Origin: Gammaproteobacteria bacterium
Lineage (GTDB): Bacteria > Pseudomonadota > Gammaproteobacteria > UWMA-0217
Assembly (NCBI GenBank): GCA_027081275.1
Contig: JALWKV010000025.1
Location: forward strand, 2,141 to 66,140
Length of the DNA stretch: 64,000 bases
Reading direction: 5' to 3'
The notes below the pieces were generated by a model that searched no databases, had not been told where the DNA came from, and saw only the letters and a list, made by a program, of their open reading frames with translations. Every line of letters begins with the position of its first letter. Positions within the stretch are counted from its first letter, which is position 1. Of the stretch, positions 13,745 through 22,045 are shown one piece after another. The translations under genes were made by a program, and so were the position numbers.

Positions 13745-14827
13745 TCAGGCGAGGCTCAGCGCTTCCTCTTTGGGTTCGACCGGTGTTTTTGCGGTCTGGA
13801 GACCACCCTTGAGGACGCAGGCATTGAGTCCGTAGTTCTGTAGCAGAAAAGCGGCAGCGGCACTGCGCCCGCCTGTATCGCAGTAGGTGATGTAGAGCTT
13901 GTCCCGGTCCAGCAGGTGATGCTTCAGGCGGAGAAAGATCAGTGGAAAACTGACACTGTTGCGCAGATTGGCGTAGTTGTGCTCGACCTGGAGCCGGACG
14001 TCGAGCAGCACGGCCCTGCCGGATTCGACCAGTTCCGCCGCATCGGGATAGCTGATCTCGCGGATCAGCGGACGCGTGACCAGTTCGATGAAATCGGTTT
14101 TCGACAGTCGCATCAGGGTGCCGTCGCTTTTCATGACGGCCGATGCGGAACGGGGGTTGTTGGATATCAGTGCATCGACGCCGAAGAATTCGCCTGTCGT
14201 CAGCGTTGCCAGCAGCATGCCCTCGGGACAGCTCTTGCTGGTGTGGATGATGTCGACGCTGCCGTTGGCAATGACATAGAAGTAGTCGCCGTCGTCTCCC
14301 TGGGAAAGGATCGTATCGCCCTTGCGGTAGTTCACCTGCTCGAATCGCATGAACAGGGCCTGGAGGTTGAGCGGATGGATTTTCTGGAAAACGGGGTTCT
14401 TCAGCAGGTTGCCCATCCAGTCGACTGGGTCGAGTTCGCTGTCGGGGCCCACTTCTTCCACCGTATAGTTGCTGGCATTGTCCCAGGCCAGCATCATGTC
14501 GAGCGACTTGCTCTCGATCTTCAGGCAAACCGCAGGCCCTCTCGCCGTCGCCGTATGTTGGCGGGGCTGGTGCTGGGCCAGAGGCTGCCGCGCTTCATCG
14601 CTGCCGGCGGTGATGGTGGTGCTCTCGCCGTTGGCCGACTCGACGACAAGCTCTCCCTCGAGCAGGTAGAAGTGGGACTTGTCGACATCCCCCCGGCGGA
14701 ACAGGGTGCGGTTCTTCGGCAACTCGATCAGCTCGGCCTTGCTCAGCAGAATGTCGAAATGCTTCTGCGACAGCGAGTTGATCGGGATGTACTGGGCAAT
14801 GGTGGCTCGGTAGTTCTGTACATTCAT
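13745..14827 (-). CDS. two cyclic-nucleotide-binding (CAP_ED) domains fused to a C-terminal rhodanese domain
   Basis: The second cNMP domain has a canonical cassette, GEFFGVDALISNNPRSASA. Rhodanese loop YCDTGGRS, with Cys316 at codon 13880-13882. Confidence 0.83.
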   Translation of the reverse strand: MNVQNYRATIAQYIPINSLSQKHFDILLSKAELIELPKNRTLFRRGDVDKSHFYLLEGELVVESANGESTTITAGSDEARQPLAQHQPRQHTATARGPAVCLKIESKSLDMMLAWDNASNYTVEEVGPDSELDPVDWMGNLLKNPVFQKIHPLNLQALFMRFEQVNYRKGDTILSQGDDGDYFYVIANGSVDIIHTSKSCPEGMLLATLTTGEFFGVDALISNNPRSASAVMKSDGTLMRLSKTDFIELVTRPLIREISYPDAAELVESGRAVLLDVRLQVEHNYANLRNSVSFPLIFLRLKHHLLDRDKLYITYCDTGGRSAAAAFLLQNYGLNACVLKGGLQTAKTPVEPKEEALSLA

Positions 14828-15013
14828 GGCGGCGGGTCTGTCCTGCTCTTGTTATGGCTTTGTCTGAGGTCATTCGGGCCCGAATGCCTGATGCCAGTAT
14901 CCCGCAGGGCAGCGGACGATGCCTGGATCGATTGCCGGTTTTGTTCGAGGTGAAAGGGGCGGTGGCGGCAAACTTGCGCGGCAGATCACGGCTGACCCGT
15001 GCAGCCTTTCAGG

Positions 15014-15176
15014 CAAGAGATTGCCGGCTTGACGGCGTGCAGTGAAAACTCGTGGGAGCGAATCAGACGGGCTGATCGGGTGAGGCGACATGTCTATTTG
15101 ACCGGCCTGATCAGTCCGGTCGATCGCTATCCACAGGATTTGCATCCAAGCAACGTTAAGTCGGGCAGCTTCCTGT
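15014..15176 (+). mobile_element. family 1 palindromic element, diverged copy C
   Basis: Aligns end to end with A and B (for example TCGTGGGAGCGAATCA, GATCGCTATCCACAGGATTTGCA, ACGTTAAGTCGGGCAG) in the same orientation. Its right end touches the mltD stop. Confidence 0.55.
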
Positions 15177-16372
15177 CAGGACTCTGGAATCAGCAGCTCC
15201 TGGCCGACGCGGATGTGGTCGCTGCGCAGCTCGTTGTTTCGCTTGATGTGTTTGATCGGTACACCGTACTTGCGGCTGATCATGCTGAGCGTATCGCCCG
15301 AGCGTACTCTGTGGGTGATGCCCGAAGGTTCATGATAGGCGGCGCGGATGAACCCGTCGTCCGCGTCACCGGTGGTGACCTGGCTCGTTTCCGCTACCGG
15401 CAGGAGGATGGTATGGCGCCCCTTCGGCGGAGTCATTTTGCGACGGAAACCGGCATTGAGGGCCTGTAGCGTTTTCAAATCCACCGCATATTCCTTTGCC
15501 AGAGAAGAGAGACGAACTTTGCCTCGTGCGTCGATCGGGATGAAATAGGGGCTGTCCGCAACGGGCCACAACTCGACATCGTAGGCTTCGGGGTTTTGCA
15601 CGATGGATAGCACGGCCAGGAATCTGGGGACGTATTTCGTGGTTTCCTCGGGCAGATCCAGATCCCAGAAGCTGGTGCCCCGGCCGCGCTTGCGATTGCG
15701 TTCGATGGCTCTCATGACGTTGCGTTCGCCGGTATTGTAGGCCGCAAGGGCCAGCAGCCAGTCACCGTCGAACATGTCTCGCAGATCCTTGAAATACTGG
15801 ATTGCTGCGCGTGTCGATGCCTGCAGATCCTGCCGCCCCTCGTACCACCAGTCCCGTTTCAGGCCATAGACTTTTGCTGTCGGGGCGATGAACTGCCACA
15901 GGCCGAGCGCGCCGTGTTTCGAGCGGGCGTCGACCTTGTAGGCGCTTTCAACGATCGGCAGGAGCGCCAGCTCGACCGGGAGACCGGCCTTATCGAGTTC
16001 CTCGACGATGTAATGGAGAAATGGCTCGGCGCGCTCAGTGACCTGCAGCAGGTAGCGAGGTTTGTCGGTGTAGCGCTTCATCTCCTTGCGGATGCGCCGG
16101 TTGTCTGGAGAGAAATGAAAATTGTTCTGGCTGCGAATCCGGTCCCAGACGGTGATCTGGTGATACGTGGCATGATCGGAAGCAGTGGCGGCAATGGCCG
16201 AGGCCTTGACTGTCAGCATCTCCAGCGGCGGGGTGGGTGGACGCGGGGCGAACTTGATCCCGGCTGCCGAGCCGCTTGCCCAGGCGCCGCTGGCGCCGCC
16301 GAGGGCAAGCATTAGGAAAGTCATCGATATGACTGTTTTTCCTGAGTTTTGTCTTGTTTCTTGTTGCTGCAT
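15176..16372 (-). CDS. mltD: membrane-bound lytic murein transglycosylase D-like (SLT domain + LysM)
   Basis: Signal peptide, SLT motif ESAYKVDARSKHGALGLWQF, and C-terminal LysM HRVRSGDTLSMISRKYG. Confidence 0.85.
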   Translation of the reverse strand: MQQQETRQNSGKTVISMTFLMLALGGASGAWASGSAAGIKFAPRPPTPPLEMLTVKASAIAATASDHATYHQITVWDRIRSQNNFHFSPDNRRIRKEMKRYTDKPRYLLQVTERAEPFLHYIVEELDKAGLPVELALLPIVESAYKVDARSKHGALGLWQFIAPTAKVYGLKRDWWYEGRQDLQASTRAAIQYFKDLRDMFDGDWLLALAAYNTGERNVMRAIERNRKRGRGTSFWDLDLPEETTKYVPRFLAVLSIVQNPEAYDVELWPVADSPYFIPIDARGKVRLSSLAKEYAVDLKTLQALNAGFRRKMTPPKGRHTILLPVAETSQVTTGDADDGFIRAAYHEPSGITHRVRSGDTLSMISRKYGVPIKHIKRNNELRSDHIRVGQELLIPES

Positions 16373-16686
16373 TTTTTGTTGGCCTTGTAGTAGACTTCGG
16401 TCATCATGCCGATGGGTCGGCGAGGTTGCTTCCTTTCCGTCTATCAGCCGAAGCCGGATCGATCCATGATTCCGTCACGCTGGTTTCTTGAATCGGCTGC
16501 CTGAACTTTGACAACGGCAATCTGCTGGTGTTCGTTGCACCGGGCAATGACAAATCTACATCAGATGAAGTTCAAGCTGGTGAAAATTAATGGGAAAACG
16601 AGAGCTGTTCAAGTTTCGCGGTGACTGTGTGATGCGTGCAGGTGATATAGTGCCGACAACAGCGAGAGAAAAATAGGGCAAATGGC

Positions 16687-17412
16687 GTGAAAGAAGAAAA
16701 GGCGCTACTCGAACAGTGGTATGACTCACCCCAGGGTCAGCTCTTTACCCGGAACCTCCAGTCCGTACTCGATCCGTGGCTCCAGGGCGTATTTGGATTC
16801 CATGCGGTGCAGCTGGGCGTATTGCCGCCGGGACGCGTTCTGCTGAATGCGCTGCGCATCAACCACCGCTTGCTGGCCGACTCGGGCGAGGGCGGCGACC
16901 TTCGCTGCCTGCCGGAATCCCTGCCGTTCGCCAGCGACTCGCTGGATCTGGTCATCATCGCCCACACCATGGAATATGTCGACGACCCGCATCAGCTGCT
17001 GCGCGAAATCGAGCGCGTGCTGGTGCCGGACGGGAAGCTGCTGGTCATTGGCATCGACTCATGGACGCTCTGGGCGGGCTGGCAGAAGCTGCGGCGGCGC
17101 CATTGCCGTCTCTACTCTCAGGGGCGGGTGAAAGACTGGCTCAATGTGCTTGGTTTCGAGATCCAGTATGCCGAGCTGCTGAGCATGATCAATCCGCGCT
17201 TTCCCGAATGGCTGCAGCGCTCGCCCAAGACCGCGCGGCTGGCGACGCTGCTCGCCGCCAACGTCGCTGGCGGCTATGCGCTGCTGGCCCGCAAGCGCGT
17301 GGCGACGCTGACGCCGATCGAAACCCCGTGGCGGGCGCGGCCCCGCCTGATTGCCGGCGGCGTGGCGGAACCGGCGGCCCGAGGAGGCGTCAAGCGTGTC
17401 CCGAAGGATTGA
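16687..17412 (+). CDS. class I SAM-dependent methyltransferase (YafS-like)
   Basis: [36 protein letters not shown]. Position immediately upstream of rnhA, as in enterics and pseudomonads. GTG start. Confidence 0.72.
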   Translation: MKEEKALLEQWYDSPQGQLFTRNLQSVLDPWLQGVFGFHAVQLGVLPPGRVLLNALRINHRLLADSGEGGDLRCLPESLPFASDSLDLVIIAHTMEYVDDPHQLLREIERVLVPDGKLLVIGIDSWTLWAGWQKLRRRHCRLYSQGRVKDWLNVLGFEIQYAELLSMINPRFPEWLQRSPKTARLATLLAANVAGGYALLARKRVATLTPIETPWRARPRLIAGGVAEPAARGGVKRVPKD

Positions 17413-17836
17413 GATCTACACCGACGGCGCTTGTCGCGGCAACCCCGGGCCGGGCGGGTGGGGCGCGTTGCTGGTGTTCGGCGACAGCGAAAAGGAGCTT
17501 TACGGCGCCGAAGCGGAGACGACGAACAACCGCATGGAGTTGCTGGCGGCGATCAATGCGCTCGAAAGCCTCAAGCATGACCGCTACCCGGTGGTGCTCA
17601 CCACCGACTCGCGCTATGTCATGGACGGCATCACCAAATGGCTGGCGGGCTGGAAGAAACGCAACTGGAAAACGGCCAGTCGCCAGCCCGTCAAGAATGA
17701 GGATCTGTGGCGCCGGCTCGATGAGCTGGCATCGCGCTACGATATCGAATGGCGCTGGGTCAAAGGGCACAGCGGCCATGTTGGGAACGAGCGTGTCGAT
17801 GCCCTCGCCAATCGCGCCATAGACGAATTGCTCTGA
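17396..17836 (+). CDS. rnhA: ribonuclease HI
   Basis: [19 protein letters not shown] and TNNRMEL. GTG at 17396 sits 8 nt after GAGGAGG. Stop overlaps the dnaQ ATG. Confidence 0.92.
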   Translation: MSRRIEIYTDGACRGNPGPGGWGALLVFGDSEKELYGAEAETTNNRMELLAAINALESLKHDRYPVVLTTDSRYVMDGITKWLAGWKKRNWKTASRQPVKNEDLWRRLDELASRYDIEWRWVKGHSGHVGNERVDALANRAIDELL

Positions 17837-18570
17837 TGACCACAAGACAGATCGTACTCGATACCGAAACTACCGGCCTCGAACCCAGGGAGGGGCACCG
17901 CATCATCGAGATCGGCTGCGTCGAGCTGGTCAACCGTCGCCTGACCGGCAACGACTACCACCAGTACCTGCAGCCCGATCGCGAGATCGACGAAGGCGCG
18001 CTTGCCGTCCACGGCATCAGCAACGAATTTCTGGCCGACAAGCCGCGCATGGTCGATGTGGTCGAGGCCTTCATAGACTATGTCCGCGATGCCGAACTCA
18101 TCATCCACAACGCGCCGTTCGACGTCGGCTTCATCAATCACGAACTGGCGCTGCTCGGGGCCGAGTGGGGACGGTTGGAGGACTACTGCACCATCACCGA
18201 CAGCCTGGTGATGGCCCGCGGCCTCTATCCAGGGCAGCGCAACAGCCTCGATGCCTTGTGCAAGCGTCTCGATGTGGACAATTCGAGCCGCGAATATCAC
18301 GGCGCCCTGCTCGACGCCCGCATTCTCGCCGACGTCTATCTCGCCATGACCGGCGGGCAGAGCAGCCTGCTGCTCGACGAGGAAGAAGAACAGCCGGATG
18401 ACGAGACGGAACAGGTCGCCGGCCGGATCGAGCGCAGCGGCCCGCTGCTGGTACTGCGGGCTTCGGACGAGGAGCGCAAGGCGCATGCGGCGATGCTCGA
18501 AGTGATCGCCGGCGCGGCCGGGGGTAACGTGCTGTGGGAGGCCGCTGCTGCCGAACAGGACGGCGCTTAA
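17836..18570 (+). CDS. dnaQ: DNA polymerase III epsilon subunit (proofreading exonuclease)
   Basis: Exo motifs VLDTETTGL, HNAPFDVGF and HGALLDARILADVY. Confidence 0.93.
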   Translation: MTTRQIVLDTETTGLEPREGHRIIEIGCVELVNRRLTGNDYHQYLQPDREIDEGALAVHGISNEFLADKPRMVDVVEAFIDYVRDAELIIHNAPFDVGFINHELALLGAEWGRLEDYCTITDSLVMARGLYPGQRNSLDALCKRLDVDNSSREYHGALLDARILADVYLAMTGGQSSLLLDEEEEQPDDETEQVAGRIERSGPLLVLRASDEERKAHAAMLEVIAGAAGGNVLWEAAAAEQDGA

Positions 18571-18580
18571 CAGGTCAGAT

Positions 18581-18735
18581 CAGTATGTAACTGCTCAGCA
18601 TGGTTGGATTTTGTTTCAGATCAAGGCATTTTCGCGCGCAGCGAGGGCGCATACATGCAGTATGTAACCGAGCGAGCACGAAAATAACGCAGAGATGGGA
18701 CAAAAGACGACCGTGCTGAGCAAGTTACATCAGTG
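18581..18735. repeat. about 155-bp imperfect palindrome, family 2, copy D
   Basis: Arms CAGTATGTAACTGCTCAGCATGG... and the reverse complement of ...CCGTGCTGAGCAAGTTACATCAGTG. Fills the dnaQ/smpB convergent gap. Confidence 0.55.
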
Positions 18736-19197
18736 CTTCATGATGCGGGCCTTCTGCCGCTGCCAGTCGCGTTCCTTCTCGGTGGCGCGCTTGTCGTACG
18801 CCTTCTTGCCCTTGCCGAGCCCCAGCGCCAGCTTGGCGCGGCCGTTCTTCCAGTACATCGACATAGGCACCAGCGTATAACCCTTGCGCTCGATGGCGCC
18901 GACGAGCTTGTCGATTTCCTCCCGATGCAGCAGCAGCTTGCGGGGGCGTACCGGATCGGGCTTGATGTGGGTGGAGGCCGACAGTAACGGCGTGATCTGC
19001 ATGCCGGTGATCCACGCCTCGCCATCCTTGATAAAGGCATAGCTCTCGGCGAGCTGCGCCCGCCCTTCGCGCAGACTCTTCACCTCCCAGCCCTGCAGCA
19101 CAAGGCCGGCTTCGAAGGTCTCGTCGATCTGGTAGTCGAAGCGCGCCCGCTTGTTTTGCACGATGGTAGCGGGTGATTTTTTCTTTTGTTTCGCCAT
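18730..19197 (-). CDS. smpB: SsrA-binding protein
   Basis: [29 protein letters not shown]. The ATG at 19197 gives MAKQKKK; the ORF is open to 19266. Confidence 0.93.
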   Translation of the reverse strand: MAKQKKKSPATIVQNKRARFDYQIDETFEAGLVLQGWEVKSLREGRAQLAESYAFIKDGEAWITGMQITPLLSASTHIKPDPVRPRKLLLHREEIDKLVGAIERKGYTLVPMSMYWKNGRAKLALGLGKGKKAYDKRATEKERDWQRQKARIMKH

Positions 19198-19314
19198 CCG
19201 GGCATTATAGCGCGGCCCGGAAGCCTCGCCGACGGATTTCATCGCCTCGGCCATCGCGGGTATCATTGGCGCGCCGCGACTGACGTGGCGAGCGCATTAT
19301 CCAGGGGGTGACAG

Positions 19315-20676
19315 ATGGCGACGCAGACAACATCGATCCATGGCGAGTGGTCCGGCAAGCTGGCGTTCATTCTTGCCGCCACCGGCTCGGCTGTCGGTCT
19401 CGGGAACATCTGGAAGTTTCCCTATATCACCGGCGAGAACGGCGGCGGTGCCTTCGTGCTGGTCTATCTGCTGTGCATCGCGCTCATCGGCATTCCCATC
19501 ATGATGGCGGAGATTCTGCTGGGCCGTCGCGGTCGCCAGAGCCCGATGAACACCATGGCGCTGCTGGCCAGGGAGGCGGGGGGCTCGCCGGCCTGGAAGC
19601 TGCTCGGCGTCATGGGCGTCATCGCCGGCTTTCTCATTCTCTCCTTCTACAGCGTCATTGCCGGCTGGGCGCTGGCCTACATCGAACGTGCCGCCACCGG
19701 CGCCTTTACCGGTCTGGACAAGACGGGGGTGGAGCAACTCTTTTCCGGCCTCGTCGGCGACTGGGAGAAACTGCTCGGCTGGCATACGCTGTTCATGGCG
19801 CTGACGGTCGTCGTTGTCGCACGGGGTGTGCGCAAGGGGCTCGAGCGCGCCGTCAGCATTCTGATGCCGCTGCTGTTCGTCATTCTGGTGCTGCTGGTCG
19901 GCTACGCCATCGCCCAGGGCGATTTCTCCCGCGCCGTCGACTTCATGTTCAAGCCCGACTTCAGCAAACTCTCCGGCGAAGCGATATTGATCGCGATGGG
20001 CCATTCCTTCTTTACGCTGTCGCTGGGCATGGGCGCCATCATGATCTATGGCTCCTATCTGCCGAGCCATGTATCGATCGGGCAGGTGACGCTGGTGGTC
20101 GCGATTGCCGACACGGTGGTGGCGCTGCTGGCGGGATTGGCGATATTTCCCATCGTCTTCGCGCAGGGGCTCGAGGCGGGCGCGGGGCCCGGCCTGATCT
20201 TCCAGACCCTGCCGCTGGCGTTCGGGCAGATGCCGGGTGGCGTTGTCATCGGCACGCTGTTCTTCATCATGCTGACCTTCGCGGCCTGGTCTTCGGCCAT
20301 ATCCCTGATCGAGCCGGCCGTGACCTGGATGGTCGAGCGCACGCCGCTGGAGCGGACCAGCGCCGCCTTTGCCGCCGGCTTCATCGCGTGGCTGCTGGGT
20401 ATCGGCACCGTGCTGTCGTTCAACGAATGGAGCGACGTCACCTGGCTCGGCCGCACCTTCTTCGACAACCTCGACTTTCTCACCACCAACATCCTGCTCC
20501 CGCTCGGTGGCCTGCTGATCTGCATCTTCACCGCCTGGGTCATGCGCCGGAAGGATGTGCTGGACGAGCTGGAATTGCCCGACGGCGCATTGTTCGAGCT
20601 CTGGCATTTCCTCATTCGCTTCTTTGCGCCCGCCGCGGTGGTGGTCATCTTTCTCAACTCGATGGGCCTGATCTGA
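19315..20676 (+). CDS. sodium-dependent transporter, neurotransmitter:sodium symporter (SNF) family
   Basis: 453 aa, multi-pass. AATGSAVGLGNIWKFPY signature. Confidence 0.9.
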   Translation: MATQTTSIHGEWSGKLAFILAATGSAVGLGNIWKFPYITGENGGGAFVLVYLLCIALIGIPIMMAEILLGRRGRQSPMNTMALLAREAGGSPAWKLLGVMGVIAGFLILSFYSVIAGWALAYIERAATGAFTGLDKTGVEQLFSGLVGDWEKLLGWHTLFMALTVVVVARGVRKGLERAVSILMPLLFVILVLLVGYAIAQGDFSRAVDFMFKPDFSKLSGEAILIAMGHSFFTLSLGMGAIMIYGSYLPSHVSIGQVTLVVAIADTVVALLAGLAIFPIVFAQGLEAGAGPGLIFQTLPLAFGQMPGGVVIGTLFFIMLTFAAWSSAISLIEPAVTWMVERTPLERTSAAFAAGFIAWLLGIGTVLSFNEWSDVTWLGRTFFDNLDFLTTNILLPLGGLLICIFTAWVMRRKDVLDELELPDGALFELWHFLIRFFAPAAVVVIFLNSMGLI

Positions 20677-21110
20677 TGACGACCATTCATCGGCACGCCA
20701 TCGTACCCTACACGCCAGAGCAGATGTTCTGTCTGGTCGATAACGTCGAGCGCTATCCGGAGTTCCTGCCTTGGTGCGCAGCGGCAAAAGAGATTTCCCG
20801 CGAGGGCGATGTGGTGACGGGTTGTGTCGAGCTGGCCAAGGGCGGAATACACAAAGCCTTCACCACCCGTAACAGGCTGACGCCGCCCGAGCGGATCGAG
20901 ATGTCGCTGGTGGAGGGGCCGTTCCGCCATCTGCACGGATTCTGGCGATTCGAGCCGCTCAAGGGGGGCGAGGCCTGCAAGGTGACGCTGGAACTGGACT
21001 ATGAATTCTCCAGTCGGCTGGTCAGCATGGCGATCGGCCCGGTTTTCAATACCGTCGCCAATTCACTGGTCGACGCCTTCGTCGAGAGGGCGAGAAGGAT
21101 CTATGGCTAG
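20676..21110 (+). CDS. ratA: SRPBCC/RatA-family (YfjG-like) protein
   Basis: 144 aa with VDNVERYPEFLPWC. Conserved partner of rnfH next to smpB. ATG overlaps the transporter stop. Confidence 0.85.
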   Translation: MTTIHRHAIVPYTPEQMFCLVDNVERYPEFLPWCAAAKEISREGDVVTGCVELAKGGIHKAFTTRNRLTPPERIEMSLVEGPFRHLHGFWRFEPLKGGEACKVTLELDYEFSSRLVSMAIGPVFNTVANSLVDAFVERARRIYG

Positions 21111-21432
21111 AATCTCGATAGAGGTTGCCTACGCACTGCCGGAGGAGCAGGAAGTGATCCCGCTCGACGTCGAGCAGGGCACAACGCTGATCGAGGCGGT
21201 CATGCTGTCGCGCATCGCCGACCATTTTCCGCAGATCGACGTGGAAAAGGACAAGATGGGAATCTACGGCAAGATCGTTCCCCGCGAAACCGTGTTGCGC
21301 GAGCACGATCGCGTCGAGATCTACCGCCCGATCACCTGCGACCCGAAAGAGGTGCGCCGCCAGCGGGCCCGCAAGGCGGGGAAAAAGACGGAAGGGAAGC
21401 GGGGCCTAGGGTCATCCCCGAGTGCGCCGTGA
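21103..21432 (+). CDS. rnfH: RnfH-family ubiquitin-like protein (UPF0125)
   Basis: 109 aa with IEVAYALPEEQ...DRVEIYRPI. RBS GAAGGA. Overlaps the ratA end. Confidence 0.85.
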   Translation: MARISIEVAYALPEEQEVIPLDVEQGTTLIEAVMLSRIADHFPQIDVEKDKMGIYGKIVPRETVLREHDRVEIYRPITCDPKEVRRQRARKAGKKTEGKRGLGSSPSAP

Positions 21433-21591
21433 TGGCGTTCAAGCCGGGATGTCGGTTTCTGAGGCGGCAATCACGCTTTTTTCGCGCGGCAGGCGGTATA
21501 AATTCCTCAATGGAAGTCGCTGGGCTGACAGCGTCCGCTCGGAGGATTTTCCATTGGATCGGACTCTTGTCATTGTGACACTTCTACTTGA

Positions 21592-21614
21592 GAGGGCTAT
21601 GCCCTCTTTTTTTT
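21592..21614 (+). terminator. intrinsic terminator 160 nt downstream of rnfH
   Basis: GAGGGC-TAT-GCCCTC followed by T8. There is no T-run on the opposite strand. Confidence 0.7.
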
Positions 21615-21709
21615 GCCCTCGCGTACCGCCTGAATCTCGAAGCGGATTGAGCTGTGAGTAGATACTGGTGAGATTGCTCGGCAAATCTGTTTGGGCCTCT
21701 GTGTCAGTT

Positions 21710-22045
21710 CTACGGTTGTGGTCTGCTGATCCTGCTGATGCGGTCCTTGTCGAAATAGACGATGACGGTGTTTTTCTCTACCGGCTTGTCCGGCAGTTTC
21801 CTGTAGTAGACATACTCCCAGCGATCGGGGTTGAGTACGGGCTCCAGCACGGGATGGCCCATCAGCGCGAGCACCTGCTTGCGGGTCATGCCGGGACTGA
21901 GTTCGTCGACCGCCGCCGGTTCGATGATGTTGCCCTGTTCGATGTCGATGCGATGGATCGAGAAGATGTTGCCACTGCAGCCGCCAAACAGCAGGGAAAC
22001 TGCGAGCAGGGCTGGCAGGGCAATGATGCGTGGTGTGGAGCTCAT
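21710..22045 (-). CDS. bamE: outer membrane protein assembly factor BamE (SmpA/OmlA)
   Basis: Lipobox LLFGGCSG and IDIEQGNII...GMTRKQV. Confidence 0.9.
   Translation of the reverse strand: MSSTPRIIALPALLAVSLLFGGCSGNIFSIHRIDIEQGNIIEPAAVDELSPGMTRKQVLALMGHPVLEPVLNPDRWEYVYYRKLPDKPVEKNTVIVYFDKDRISRISRPQP

Noticed and set aside
13745-14827. cNMP-binding protein as a Pycsar/CBASS-like anti-phage effector.
   Set aside because: There is no adjacent cyclase or CD-NTase, and no TIR, transmembrane, nuclease or patatin effector domain. The fused domain is a rhodanese.
18571-18735. Possible tmRNA (ssrA) next to smpB.
   Set aside because: At about 160 nt the gap is too short. It lacks the tRNA-like GGGGCUGA... 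5' end, a ...CCA 3' end and a tag reading frame. It is instead an end-to-end palindrome related to the element after greA.
20676-21432. ratA-rnfH as a toxin-antitoxin or defence pair.
   Set aside because: This pair is a widely conserved housekeeping neighbour of smpB and bamE. Nothing in the sequence suggests a mobile or accessory context.
21554-21661. 35-codon TTG-initiated ORF (MDRTLVIVTLLLERAMPSFF...) 7 nt after GGAGGA, a possible small hydrophobic type I toxin-like peptide.
   Set aside because: The strong intrinsic terminator (21592-21614) lies inside the ORF, so a transcript ending there could not encode it. GGAGGA is better read as one of the clustered GGA motifs.
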